Origin: Vicugna vicugna
Taxonomy: Eukaryota
Length of the DNA stretch: 64,000 nucleotides
Direction of reading: 5' to 3'
NCBI GenBank assembly: GCA_013265495.1
Contig: MU058387.1
Span: forward strand, 1,488,001-1,552,000
The notes under the pieces were generated by a model that saw nothing but the letters and a program-made list of their open reading frames with translations, was not told the origin of the DNA and did not search any database. A program made the position numbers and the translations under genes. The number at the start of each line of letters is the position of its first letter. Within the stretch, counting starts at the first letter, position 1. Shown piece after piece: positions 39,504 to 53,250 of this stretch.

Positions 39504-41589
39504 CTCATTGGGATCATACAAACCACATGAAAGAACTGTCACTTACTCTGGTTTCATTTGAATTAAATGCTAAACAGTCCTTAATTACAGGGCTAGTTCC
39601 ACAATTATCTATACTTGCAAGATTTTATCTGACTATTGCTTTTTCCATTTACTGTGTTTTAATCAAGTCTTAACTCTGGAGCATCCAGAGGAATATGAAA
39701 GGGAAATCGAAAAATGTGAGACTCTGAATTCAACATTCAGGGAATAATTAGTTTGGAGAAAAGATAACCATGGCTAGATACGGCGGAGACATTTTCGACA
39801 CATAATCAAATGTGTCTTAAATGAAAGAGGTGGCAAATTCAATTCCTATTTTTACAAAATATGCAGCTCAAATATAGGGGAGTTTACGGGGTAGAATGGT
39901 AGAGTCTGTTATAACTCCTACTAGAGAGAAAACAAGTGTTAAAATGAGTATTTGCTATGGAATGAAGTAGACTACATTTTTGCTTGAAGACTGCTGGTGT
40001 TTGAGGAAACAATTGGTCTGTCAAAAACGTTATAGAAAACATCCTTGTGGTGTTTTCTGCCGGCACATCATGGCAAGTAATTTTGGGAAGTCCATGGACC
40101 CAATAGAAAAGAGAGATATGGACTCTTTCTGGGCACAGAGTAGATAAAAATTATCCCCACAGAAAGGCATGTCTATGGGATTATGAAAAAAATAGACAAT
40201 AAAAAATTTGTCACACATGGATAGCCAGAAAATTTTAAGAAAGAAGAAGACTAATATTTAATTTAAGTTGTTGCTTACTTTCTGCTGGAATGTGGTTTTC
40301 CTCTGCTTTCTCAAAACCTTCACTTAATGAGGTCCAGGCACAAGTATTGTGTTAGTGGAATTTTAGGGTATCTGGGGAGACGGCCTGGGGTTATATGTGG
40401 AGTGAAATCCTGAGGAAAGGGGATGGCAGTCATAGGTCTTGAGAAAATGATAGGGAATAAGGAAGCTGTCAGAGACGGAAAGTAAGGCAGGACGAAGTGA
40501 GGAGCGTTCCAGCTGTCATGTGGAACCTCAGAAATACAAGAAAAAATGACGGCTGCTCCAGGAAGTAGTGTGTCAGCTCCATCACCCTCTTTCTGAGTAT
40601 TAAAATGTTTAATTCATTAATGGGGAAAGGGCTTGGAGCTATGCCAGTGATACAGGGAGAAGTATGTGTTATAATTTTTAGAATTTTCCATCGATGTGAT
40701 GGGCTGCTTGTATTACATTGAAAGTATGTAAATTGCTTATACTTTCTGGCAAGGACATTATAGAAGGCATCCTTGCGTTAGGTGAGGAAGGAGATGGAAG
40801 ACCTCTATTATGTTTTATATTCTGCAGTTCTTTTATTGAACCCCCTGCAAATCTGTAGATGGCTGTTCTCTGACCGTTCACTATACTGTGTGCAAATTCC
40901 CAGAGCATCCTCAGGTGGACTTCAAACTTCCGGAAAAACTAAGTGTTTTGTTACATGTCTTTATAGCACCTATAATACAGTGTTAGAAATTATGTATTAG
41001 AAAGTTAATGAACATCTTAATGATTAAATATAACTTCTTACAACGCTAACTGACAGCAAATTAAGAAAATGTAGAAGCCAAACCAAAAGAAAACAAAATG
41101 ATAAAACACTGCATTCAATTTACTGCAGGTTTAAGATATATCTATATGGTCATGTAACGTTAAAATAAGCTAATATATTTTTAGACTAAAATAAGAGTAG
41201 AATTGTAAAAAGGATAGAAAAATAATAACTTTCCTTTCTCAAGCTACAAAAACAATATTTAAAATATTATTCTTAGCTCTAGCTTCTTTTAATAATTCGG
41301 TAAATTATCTCTCTTATAATCAAAAGATACCATGATAAATTGCTAACTGTAGAAATACTATAACATATATTGTCACATCTATCACCTCACATAGCCAGTT
41401 CCTCTAGATGTGTAATATTTTTCAGTATGGTTACAGTATGTGAAATGTTTTATATTGTTTCTTTTCCTGGTTGAAATTTTTTAAATTCTGCAATTTAAAA
41501 ATTCTTACGACTTTAATGACTCTAATATTCCATTGTATGGATATAATACTATAGTTTAATGATCTCCTTACTCTTCTTATGGTGAAAAA

Positions 41590-41810
41590 TTCAACATACC
41601 TCAATTAGGATAAGCTGAAAATCAGCAAAAATATAAAAGTATATACATTAAATTTCTGTTTAATTAACATACAGAAAATTCTGCATCCAAAAATTAGAAA
41701 TACACATTTTCTCCAACATACATGGTGCATTTACAAAAGCTGGCCTCATACTAAGGCATAAGATAAGACTCGACCTATTTCAAATAATAAGTGTCATTCA
41801 GAGAATTGTT
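41590..41810 (+). mobile_element. Ancient L1 endonuclease-region fragment
   Basis: ACAGAAAATTCTGCATCCAAAAATTAGAAATACACATTTTCTCCAACATACATGGTGCATTTACAAAA (cf. YRTLHP...EYTFFS..HGTF.K). Confidence 0.65.
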
Positions 41811-42345
41811 CTGATGTAAACTGCATCCTTCCATGTATCGCACAAAATCAGTTAATCACGTTAGCACAATCATTTAGCGGATGTGTATTTCCTATAACTG
41901 AAATATTAAAGAAGCCACTTTTGAAAAAAAAAAGGATAATGGGACCCCATTGTCAAGGACTAGGAAAATTCTGGGTCAAGCACATCAGAATTTCCAGAGT
42001 GTTTTACAGCTTATTGTATCTAACAGAGGGAAAGTTAAAGACGCCATCTGGCTGTGGCTTATACCTGCTGTAGGAACTTGGGGATACTGTACCTCCCAGC
42101 ACCCTAGTTTGTTCAGTAATAAAATGTGAACTCTACCATTACTATGGAACTTAAGTGAGACGAGATGTATATAAAATCGTTAAAGCAGTGCCTGCCACTT
42201 ATTAAGCAGCTTAGAGTTCTCAACTTCTATTATGTATGTTCATATTGATTCTTATAGAGGATTCATAGTATCTAACATCCTCCGAAATTGGTTCCACCTG
42301 GACTCCTTTTTATTTTTTATTTTATTTTTTTCCCAGAAGGAGCTT

Positions 42346-42685
42346 AAGGAAAAAACAAAAACAAAAAGAAACAAACAAACAAAAACAAAGCATAAATACA
42401 GGACAGAAATAGACTCACAGACAGAGAATACAGGCTTGTGGTTACCAGGGCGGTGGATGGTGGGAAGGGATAGACTGGGATTTCAAAATTGTAGAATAGA
42501 TAAACAAGATTACGCTGTATAGCACTGGGAAATATACACAAAATGTTATGATAACTCACAGAGAAAATAATGTGACAATGAGTGTGTATATGTCCATGAA
42601 TGACTGAAAAATTGTGCTGAACACTGGAATTTGACACAACATTGTAAAATGATTATAAATCAATAAAAAAATATATGAAAAAAAA
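42346..42685 (+). mobile_element. Young L1 3' UTR with A tail
   Basis: AAAGCATAAATACAGGACAGAAATAGACTCACAGAC...GGAATTTGACACAACATTGTAAAATGATTATAAATCAATAAAAAAA. Confidence 0.9.
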
Positions 42686-42721
42686 GAAATAGCATACACA
42701 ATGCATTTTGGAAAACACAGT

Positions 42722-43671
42722 TGTAGAGAGATCTTTCCCGCCTTATGGTTTAGGACTTGAGAATTCTGCACCCGATTCCAACCGGTATATGTTTTTCCCA
42801 CACCACCAGGCAATTCTTGAACACCAGCTGGGTGTCCTACACTTCAACTCAATTCTGACGCTATCTACCTGGAGATAGCGTCATGTCCCACAGGTGAAGG
42901 ACTCAGTCCTATAACTATAAGTCTGGCCCCCCTTCAGATGCCAATGGCAAGTCAATACTGTCACTTGTGCTTTCAATCAACCAGCTATAGATTGGAGGTT
43001 TCAATGACCACTCCCACCCCCATTTGATGCCAATGGCAAGTCAGTACTGTCACTTGTGCTTTCAATCAACCAGCTATAGATTGGAGGTTTCAATGACCAC
43101 TCCCACCCCCATTTGATTAATCTGCTATACCAGATCACAGAACTCAGAGAAACATTTTACTCACTAGATTTCCAGTTTCTTATTAAAAAAAAAAAATGAC
43201 GTATTTTAGGAACAGCCAGAGAGAAGAGATGCACAGGGCAAGGTATGGAGAAAGGGTATGTGGCTTCCACGCCCTCACCTCCCATGCGACTCTCCCAGCT
43301 CTCCCTCTCCACTAGTTCACCAACCTAGAACATCGCCAAACCCAGTCCTTTCAGAGTTTTACGGAGACTTTATTTCATAGGCATGATTGATTAAATCATT
43401 GACTGTTGGTGATTTATTCTACCTCCAACCTCTCCTTCCTAAATGTCAGGGAGGTGGGACTGAAATTTCAACCCTTCTAACCACATGACTGGTTCCCCTG
43501 GCAACCAGCCACCATCCTGAGGCATTGTCCAAAAGTCACCTCATTAACATAACAAAAGACACCTTTGTAACTCTTGTCACTTAGGAAATTCTGGAAGTCT
43601 TAGGAGCTATATGCCAGAAAAGGGGCACTAAGACCAAATATGTATTTCTTATTATAGATCACAATATCACA
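42722..43671 (-). mobile_element. MER21-like ERVL solo LTR
   Basis: Minus strand begins TGTGATATTGTGATCTATAATAAGAAATACATATTTGGTCTT. Internal CCAGCTGGGTGTCCTACACTTCAACTCAATTCTGAC on the plus strand. Confidence 0.85.
42937..43114. repeat. 89-bp tandem duplication inside the MER21-like LTR
   Basis: 42937-43025 vs 43026-43114 differ by one substitution (TCAATACTG / TCAGTACTG); GAT microhomology at the junctions. Confidence 0.95.
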
Positions 43672-44119
43672 GACTCATTAAATAAAACAAAAATAACTGA
43701 GCAAATTTTCATTCTTTCAACAAACATTTCTTGAACTCCTACTGTGTATTATGTATTTGTGGACCTTACATTGGCAAGTGGGAATGAAGATAGGGCGATC
43801 TTTGAACAATAACTTTTCAAAGGGTGAATACCTTTCAAAAAGTGTCAAAAGACATTGGGAATGGTCTCCAAATTCTTAAATCTCAATGATTTCTTTTTCC
43901 TCCTTAGGAACTATTTGAGTCCTATGTAGAGAATAATGGACTTATAGTTTTCTTACACAGTATCCCTATGCCTTTTTGATGTCACGCAACGAACACTCCA
44001 CTCAACAAATATATTTGTCTCTGCCATGGCCTTGTGCTTGATGTAATGCAAAGAGTAAACACGAGTGACACAATTCTGCCTTCACTGAGTTGTCTGTTTG
44101 GGGAGGAATCTTTCTTTCT

Positions 44120-44460
44120 CTTTTTTTTTTTTTTTTAACATTTTTTATTGATTTATAATCATTTTACAATGTTATGTCAAATTCCAGTGTAGAGCACAAT
44201 TTTTCAGTTATACATGAACATACATATATTCATTGTCATATTTTTTATCTGTGAGCTACCATAAGATCTTCTGTATATTTCCCTGTGCTATACAGTATAA
44301 TCTTGTTGATGTATTCTACAATTTTGAAATCCCGTCTATCCCTTCCCACCCTCCGCCCCCTTGGCAACCACAAATTTGTATTCTATGTCTATGAGTCTAT
44401 TTCTGTTTTGTATTTATGCTTTGCTTTTTTGTTTTTGTTTTTGTTTTTGTTTTTTAGATT
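44120..44460 (-). mobile_element. Young L1 3' UTR with tail
   Basis: Reverse-complement homologue of 42346-42685; TSD approximately TTCTTTCT. Confidence 0.9.
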
Positions 44461-45433
44461 CTTTCTTCATAAGCAATGCAAAAACGGCCACACTATCAGA
44501 GAATATGGCATCAAGTAACATCAATAATAATTTAGACATAAATTAATGTATGATTAATATACATAACCCATATTAATTATCCCCCCAAAATAATTAACAA
44601 AAACAAAACTTTCCTTTGACTTTAAACTTAAAATGTGACATAGTATTGACTGAAACAATCTATCATTAATTTGAAGACATTAGGAATTTAAAAGAAGAAA
44701 AAAATGAGAATCTGTCAGAGAGATGAACAGTTACAAACCTCATCTCCAAGGCAAAGCCTGGGAGTCTAAGGACACTTGGAAAACAGGAATATTTCAAATT
44801 TCCTGGGCCTAAAGATCTTCCTCCAGACACTGTGTTAAGGCAACTGGAAAGCGATACATAACACGCGTGTACGGGCCTAGGTGGTGCCCACACACGCATT
44901 TTCCTGATGAGGCAGTATTGATAGCATCCTCACTACTTTTCTACCTTACACCCCTTTTAAAAATTGTTCTAAATCTTTTGCTTCCTGACAGCCAAACAAA
45001 CTAAGGAACAAGATGCTCAGTTGATTATGTAGAAGCTGGCAATACTGGAGTCAAGTATTTCCCTTGAAGTGACCTTTATAATAAGATTTTCTGCAGGTCC
45101 TTCCTCTCTGTAGGAATCCACTGTATATTGCCAATTAGTTTCTTTATTAGCTTACCTTTTCCTGTTAATTGGCGCTGATCACTTTGCTTTTTATTTTCCT
45201 CCCTTCCAATATAACATTATTCATCAAGAATCATTACAAAAAGTAATGATTCATACTTACGTATTCAATTTGTTGATTTGGAAAGGATTCAATATTGGCA
45301 ATTAGGTCTAGGCAATGGCCTTTGGAGGAAAGATAATTATGAAAACATAGTGATAAGTAGTGTTTATGGGTGTGGCAAAGAATACAATTTCAGTTACCTC
45401 ATTGCCGAGAAAATTTGAGTTGGAGATTGAGAC

Positions 45434-45989
45434 TGTAGGCGAGGAAACACATTTTTTTCTCTACCTTCTAAGTCCTCAACTGAGTTTCTTGTAAGAAAAC
45501 ATGGATTCACAAGGCAAAAACATACACGTTTATCGAATATAAATTTTATGTGTCATGGAAACTTCCATAAGGATATGGAGACCCAAAGAATTGGTTAAAA
45601 CACTCATAAAAATGGGTGCTTTTATGCTGGGTTTGACAATGAATAGAAAGTCTGGAAAGATATGATAGGACAAAGGGTATGGGTATGTCTAGGCATCTGG
45701 GAGGAAATTAGCAAGGACTGTTGGCTCAGATAGCTCTCCATGTCCCTCTGCCTCCTGAGATAAGGGTGCTCCTTTCTTCCCTGTCTCTGTGTATAGGGAG
45801 GGCACCTCTCACATGAGGGTTTGTCACCTGCTTCACAGTGTCAGAAATTCCTTTCTAGATTTTATGACCTGTTTTAGATAAAGGTCAGAAAGTTCTTCCT
45901 GCACATGTCATTTCTCAAATTCCTTCAGCTTGAAATATTTAATATGCCAAAGTCCCATCTTGGGTGGTTAGCAATTCCCAACCCCATCA
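45434..45989 (-). mobile_element. MER31/MER67-like ERV1 solo LTR
   Basis: Minus strand begins TGATGGGGTTGGGAATTGCTAACCACCCAAGATGGGACTTTGGCATATTAAATATTTCAAGCTGAAGGAATTTGAGAAA; TG...CA termini. Confidence 0.8.
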
Positions 45990-48424
45990 GACATTGGACA
46001 GAATCCAGGTTTGGGGGACGCCCAGAAGTGGTTCACAAACTCCTAAGCTCTACATTCATGGAACCCTAGTTCACCAGTTAGTTGGAAGTGTATAGGTCAC
46101 ATCATGGATTTATGTAGAAAATCAGTGGTCCTGATGTTGAATAACAAATGGAGTTTCATTTTGCAGCAGGTATTAATAAAGAGGAAGTGATTTTACTGAC
46201 AAAAGCATTAATCACCTTTTAAGAACTTCCGTCACTGTGTCAAAAATATAACATATACCTTTATAGAAAATTTGTTCTAAACATGTATGTTTGCCTGTGT
46301 TCACATGCTTTGTATGTGTGCGATTCTTTCAGAGATATAGAAATTCCTCTCTTTTATATGTAATTAGGTTCTGAATGGGTTTTTGACTTGGTGACTGGGA
46401 CCTCCTGACTTTTCGGGTCTGAAGAACCCTCCTGGCCACCTAGATCTCCGAAAGCTTGTTTTGGTTTCTGCCTTACTGTGCAAGACTGGATGTCCCATTG
46501 CTTTGTGTTGAACATTTTCTCAGCCTGATCCTCCATATGGTCCCCTACTGTTGCCTGCACTTCCACAGTGGCTAGGTCTCCACACTGACCAGGAGCTCTA
46601 AGTCAGCTCCTTGGTAATGAATGTCACAGGAGGAACACAGCCAATCAAGGTTCTAGTATATGGCAGTTCTAATGACGTTTGAGAAGGACATCCCTCATAC
46701 AGCCTATTTTCCCACCCAGTTTTTTCTAACTTTTTTTTGTGGAGGAGATCTTTTCTCAAAACCAAGTTTTATGGACTAGCTTGATATAGAAAACATATAA
46801 GAAGCATCTCTGATTCAATCAGGATAAAGACTCTCTCACTCCTTAATCATAAGTACAGTGAAACTTGAATTTCTGTGTCTCATTGGTTGAAATCTACCAA
46901 TCTCTTTTACCTTCATCATTTTGTAAACGACAAAATAAGACCCAGAGAGTAAAAATGATTTAGTACTAAGAACATACCAAAAACAGAACCTGGTTTATTG
47001 GGCTTTCTTCCCTGTGCCTATGACAAGGTACATTCCTATATTTAAAAAAAAAAAGAAAAAAAAAAGTCTTTTTGACGTGTGAAATTAAGCAAAAGAATTT
47101 GAGTTTTTATTCACGATATCTGAGAGAAAATCTTTGCATTTTTTCCTGGTACTTAGCTTGATGGGTGAAAGATGCTCCCTTTTCAACTCTTTACTTATAA
47201 TTAGAAATAAATCCATTTTCATGATGGCATTTATGCTAAATGAGAGGGTACATATGAGAAAGATTTAGCCCTAGATCAATCTCAGAAGCATCTGTTTCTC
47301 TGGAGTTTGGTGGTCCACACTGTTAAACTCCAAGGAAAGAAATTTTGGTAGGGTGCCTTTTAAGTTAGCCAAGTATTAAATAGTATTCATATAACATACC
47401 AGCAAATCTAAAACATTAATGTTTATAACTGAAAATAAAATCTGGTAATTCTCAACGGATTAGAAAATATTAGAGACTGTATTCCAAAGAAGTTATATAA
47501 TTCTGCTGATCACATTTTGTATTCTTGTAATTTTATGGCTTATAAATTATTCCATGTATTTTGTCCAATAAAATTATTTAATTGGTAAAAGAAATTACAA
47601 CTTGGATAAAAGTACAATTTAGCTCATTTTATGCATTTTGGCATATTATTCCGTTGTGAAATTTATAAGTTACAATGAATGAGGTCATATAAGTGGCAGT
47701 GGAAAATAGAATGCATCAATATACATGCATTTTTAATAGGATTTAGCACATTAAAGAGCTCAAAAGCAATATAAAGCAGATACATTTTGTAAATATTGAA
47801 AAACAGCATTCAAGAAACCATATTTCTACAGTGATATTTTTCTAATCTCTGATTTCATTCTAAACGTTTTTTTCTTGCATTTGGTGGGTAATTTGCATCC
47901 TAAAACTTGAGTTCCATTGTTTTTAGGTATACTAAAACAAAAACCCCAAGGCAATGTTATTTATTAAAAATAGTGTCATTAAGATAAACTATCATAAATA
48001 GATGATATAAATAGATAAAAGACAGTAGGTGTAGATAGATAGACAGACAGACAGTTGACAGAGAGACATAACTTCATATACTCACAACTATACACACACA
48101 CACACAGGCCTATAACTATAGACATAAAATCTTTTTGGAAAAGCAACATGTCTTCCCACTCTTCCACTACTTTTGTGGTCCCCAAACTAATATTTTCTGC
48201 TATAACTGTATTAACCTGGTTTCCAAAATATTTTTCACTTCTTTTCATTATCTTTGAACCTACTCTTTTCTTCTGACTAGATTGACAGAAAGCATGGTAT
48301 CTGGAAAATTAAATTCCCTGAAACCTATTTTTTCTAAATAGAATCTTTCCTACTGGCCAAAACAGTGATTTTTATCTTCTCAACTTGCCTCACATATCGT
48401 CACCTCTCTCTTCCTCTCATTTAG

Positions 48425-48835
48425 TAAACAGAATGGGACAGCGCTTGCCAGAAGCTGGGAGGAGAAAGAGATGGGGAGTTGTTTTTCAACGTGTATAAAA
48501 TTTCCGTTTTGCAAGATGAATAAGATCTAGAAATCTACTCTACTTGCTAGTGCCTGTAGTTAACAATACTCTATTGTGCGCTTAAAATTTTGGGAAGAGG
48601 GTGGATCTCACGTTGAATAGTCTCCCAACACAAACACAAAACAACATAACAACAAAACCCCCAAATAAGCAAAGAAACACAACAAAACTTTTGGAAGTGA
48701 GGCATATGGTTGTTACTTTGATTGTGGTGATGGTTTCATGGGTAAGCTTGTGTCCAAACCCATCAAACTGTATACATTAAATATATGTAGTTTTTGTATA
48801 TCAGGTATACCCCAATTAAGTTGTTAAAATTAAAT
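48425..48835 (+). mobile_element. L1MB-type 3' UTR
   Basis: GATGGGGAGTTGTTTTTCAACGTGTATAAAATTTCCGTTTTGCAAGATGAA...GATTGTGGTGATGGTTTCATGGGT...ACTGTATACATTAAATAT. Confidence 0.85.
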
Positions 48836-49009
48836 AATTAATGGCAATTAGCCTCTTGATGTTTGAAGACCCAAGGAAACACTCCTGCATAATTAATATT
48901 TAAGTCTTGAAGTCATAGTGGGGCTATGTATACATGCTAATATAGTCCTGACCAAGCGTATACAATTCCAGGTACTAAATAATTTATTATAAATTGAATT
49001 CATTTTCTT

Positions 49010-50110
49010 TCAACTTTTGTTTCTTGTGCTTTTTGGATGTTGTTGAAGAAATTCTTTACTGCCCATGGGTCATAATATTCACATGCATTTTCTTCTAATA
49101 GCTTTATACCTATAATATTCACATTTAAGTTTAATTCAAATGGAGTGCAGAATTATACATAGTGAGATAGGTATTTGCTTGATTTTTTCTTTGTATTGTG
49201 AGTAAAATTTCCTAATACCATTTGTTTCCCAACAGTTCATGTTGTATTCCAATTTTTTAATGGTGCCACCTTATCCGATATCAATTTCCCACCATCCATA
49301 GGCCTCAGAGAGCTCTAATCTTTTTTTTTATTTTTTGAACTACTTTTTAGTTCCTGCAAGACTACTTTGCATTTTTTATAATGTATTTTTGGTATATTGT
49401 GCTATTTGTCCTTGCCATTTATGAATCTATATTCTTCCTTATAAATTTTAAATGAATTAATTTAACTAATAAAAATGGCCCAAATATTATTGAGATTGTG
49501 CTGAATTCACTTAATCTGGGTATATTGACATATTTACACCATTAATTTGCTGAATTCATGAACATATGTACCCCCACTTATATATATGTTTCTTTGTCTC
49601 ATTTCACTTTTACTCTCCATGTATATATTGCACATTCTTTGCTAAATTAGGTTATTATACATTTTATTTTTTAAATTATTTTTGTTACTGCTATAAATTA
49701 TATTTTGTGTTCTTGATTTTTTTATTGATTATTGTGGTTATGGGCAATCATGATTGGCTTTTTTTACATTGTACATGAACCTGGAAATCTTGTTGAATTA
49801 TCATACACTTGGAATAATTTGTTGATTCTGATGATTTTTCTTTGTAGAAGATGACATTTTCTGCCTATATTGACAATTTTGTACTTCCTTTCTAATCTGT
49901 ACCTCTCTCTTTTTCTTTTCTTGTGTTGTGATGTTAGAGGAGTTTTAGTAAAATATTAAAAAGTTGATCATAGTGGTCATCTTTGTCCTTAAACTTAAAG
50001 GAAATATACTTAAATTTTCTATATTAAGTCTGATATCTGTTGTGGTTTTAGTAATCAGTCTTCATCAAATTAAGGAAATACATAAATATACTTTGTTATT
50101 TTCTAGGAGA
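49010..50110 (-). mobile_element. Ancient L1 ORF2 region
   Basis: T-rich plus strand with TTTTCTTCTAATAGCTTTAT, ATTGAGATTGTGCTGAATT and ATAGTGGTCATCTTTGTCCTT motifs. Confidence 0.65.
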
Positions 50111-50972
50111 TTTATTAATTTTTTTGGAGAGAGTTTATCATACATAAGAGCACTGTCTCAAGGTAAACTATCTGAGTTCGAATTGTGGTTCTGTTATCAC
50201 CAAATGTGTGACTTTCTGCATTCCATATTTCTCTCTAATGTAAACGTGGCTAATAATAATAATACTTTGCCCATATACACTTTTGAGTGTTAAATGAATT
50301 AACGTAAGTAAAAGTCTTAGAATACATGGGAAATGCTAACTAATTGCTAAATAAAATTAATTCAGTTTTGATAACATTTAATTATAATTAATTCAGATAT
50401 TTTTATGTATTTATATGTACATACATATATATGTTTTTCTGTCTGAGAGTCTTAACATATGAATGTTTTCACTTATTTATATATAACCTCTATATATCTT
50501 AAGTTTTTCTATTAGTTCTCATATCTTTTGGTTTCTCAATTAGTTCTCCTATCAAATTTTTGCATACTAATTTACATTTATTCTCTGTGTATTCTGAAAT
50601 TCATTGTTTTTATGTAAATTATTGTTTATTCATGTCTCAAATTTTGACATTTTTGTTATATTTGGAGTCAGATGAGTTAGTTTTACGTCAGTAGAAGGGC
50701 TACTGTTTATCATTGGTCTAACAATGAAATTTAAAAAAAAAAGATTACCAGGCAAATCTTAGCAACAACATAATTTTAAAATTATTTTTAAGTTAAAAAT
50801 CTATTGTCAACTTCATAGTCTTGTTCTATCAATCAGAAACTGTGAAAAGAAAATTATGTGCAACTGAAGTTAAGACTCCGATGAAAACTTTAAACTGACC
50901 ATTGGACTTGTCAACATCTTGACATGAGCAGTTTTAGTAGGAAGACAAGCTTGATGTTAAGATCCAAATGGA

Positions 50973-51603
50973 TCTGGAGGGAACTCTATTTTGAAAAGAT
51001 ATATGCATCCGAATGTTCATAGCAGCACTATATACAATAGCCAAGACATGGAGGCAACCTAAATGCCCATCAACAGATGCCTGGATAAAGAAGTTGTGGT
51101 ATATTTATACAATGGAATACTACTCAGCAGTTTAAAAAAAGGCATAAAATAATGTCATTTGCAACAACATGGATGGAACTGAAGATCATCTTCTAAGTGA
51201 AGTAAGCCAGAAAGAGGTAGAAAAATACCATATGATATTATTCATATGTGGGATCTAAAAAAAGAGTGAAAAGAAAAAAAAATAAAAGAGGCCACTAACG
51301 AACTCACCTACAAAAGAAACAGACTCGCAGACACAGTAAACAATCTTACAGTTCCTGGAGAAAGGGGATGGAAAGGGATAAATTTGGGAGTTTAAGATTT
51401 GGAAATGTTAACCACTATATGTAAAAATAGATTAAAAAAATTCTTTGATATAGCACAGGAAACTATATTCAATATCTTGTAATAACCTTTAATGAAAAAG
51501 AATATGAAAACAAATATATGTATTTATATGCATGACTGGGACATTATGCTGTGCACCAGAAATTGACACATTGTAGCTGACTATACTTCAATTAAAAAAA
51601 AAA
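50973..51603 (+). mobile_element. L1 ORF2 end plus 3' UTR inserted in an L2 remnant
   Basis: AATGTTCATAGCAGCACTATATACAATAGCCAAGACATGG...TGACTATACTTCAATTAAAAAAAAAA. Degenerate TSD GATCCAAATGGA / GAACCAAATAGA. Confidence 0.9.
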
Positions 51604-52894
51604 GGAACCAAATAGAAAGAGAGAAAGTGGAAATAATGGCTACAGACAAATCTTACAATAACTTTTGCTATAAAGAGGTAATGGGAGATGGGGAGACACT
51701 AAAGAAGACACAGAAACAATAGATAGATTTTGTTTATTTATTTAAGGATGTTTTAGGCTGGAGAGAATTCTTTTTTAGCAAGAGTAAAACTTAAGATTTA
51801 GTAGAGAAAGGAGATCCTCTTAATAGCCAATTCTTAGAGTTGACAAGAAATAGTGGGATAACAATCTCAAATACAGGATAGTTTTTAATAGAAATAAAAA
51901 ATAATTTGTTTATTGGGATGAAAGAAAAATCCAACTGTCCTAAGAGGGATGATTATAGGCTTATAGTTTTAGTGGTGGTGATATGAAATATTTTTCTTCT
52001 ACTGCTTCTATTTTGTTCATAACGAAACAAGTTGTTAACATTTTGAGAAGATGAAATGAAAGAAAATGTAAAATAATTATCTCACTGATGTGGAGAACCT
52101 TTTAATCAGGAAATTTTAGTAGTATTGCTTGACGTTTTTGAAGATTTGTCGATATAATTTTAGAATGACGTTCATAGCATACATTGCTATCTCAATACCT
52201 TCGGTTACTTGGGTGTATGCACAAAATAGGCAGTGGCTTAAGTTTAATCAGGGTTGGTGTGTTGGCTGCAATACATGGTTAAAGAATAAAATTAAATATC
52301 CATGCAAGGGATCTTTAAAGGACTGGAGCACATAATATGAACTAGTGATTAATGCCATAGAAATGCTCAGTTTTTCAAGATTCCACTGAAGTTTCAGATT
52401 TACCCTAAAATCCAAGTTTAAGAGTGCACTGTGTGTCAGATCAGGAACTGCAGAGTAGGAACCAAAGTAGGGTCAGGATGGAAACAGAGCCATTGACTGC
52501 AGCCAGAGTGTGGTCCACAGTATGCCTGGACCACTAGATCAGAAACGCGGCAAATTGACATAGTCGGGAAAGTTCTTGGTAGAAACGTTCAGAAAAGAAA
52601 ACAAGATAACAAAAAAGTAGAATTCAGTTTTTACAGTTCTGAGAATATCGTATTGGCTTGTTTTTCTATCCATGCCTTTGGTGGAATGCATTTTTCACTG
52701 TGTACCTTCCGAGGCTGAATAAAAAGCTGAATATGATGAAGCTGAAATTATCAGTCCTGAGGAAGATAATCAATCAGCTATCTCCTGTGATTCCATTTGG
52801 TGATTCATGTGTTATGTTTGCGCAAATTATCCCATAATGGGGACGGTGCTCCTCAGTTTAGGCAGCTGGGAGCACACAAAATTCAAAGGGATGT

Positions 52895-53250
52895 TGTCTT
52901 GGTTTGGGCTGCTATTACAGAGCTCCAGAGATTAGGTGGCTTAAACAGCAAGCATTTGTTTATCACAGTATTGGAGGCTGGGAAGTCTAAGATCAAGGCT
53001 CCAGCTGACTCGGCGTCTGGGAGAGCTCTCCTCCTGGTCTATGTGATGCCCACCGTGTTGCCGCATTCTCACATGGAGGAGCGAGATGACCTCTTTCATG
53101 TCTCTTCTTATAACTGCGCGAAGTCCATTCATGTGGGCTCTACCCCATGAGCTAATTACCTGTCAAAGTCTCCACTTACAAATGCCATCAACTTGGGCAT
53201 TAGAGCGTCAACATATGAATTTTGTGGCTATAAACATTCAATGCATAGCA
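52895..53250 (-). mobile_element. MaLR solo LTR (MLT1A-like)
   Basis: TGTCTTGGTTTGGGCTGCTATTACAG...GGAGGCTGGGAAGTCTAAGATCAAGG...CAACATATGAATTTT...CATAGCA; 5-bp TSD GATGT / GATAT. Confidence 0.9.

Noticed and set aside
42301..42345. T-rich tract ending in CAG just before the young L1
   Set aside because: It could be a splice acceptor or an inverted tail, but I found no TSD or donor to support either.
52797..53150. 117-aa ORF (likewise 9750-9989 and 62954-63304)
   Set aside because: These overlap LTR sequence and are chance ORFs in repeats.
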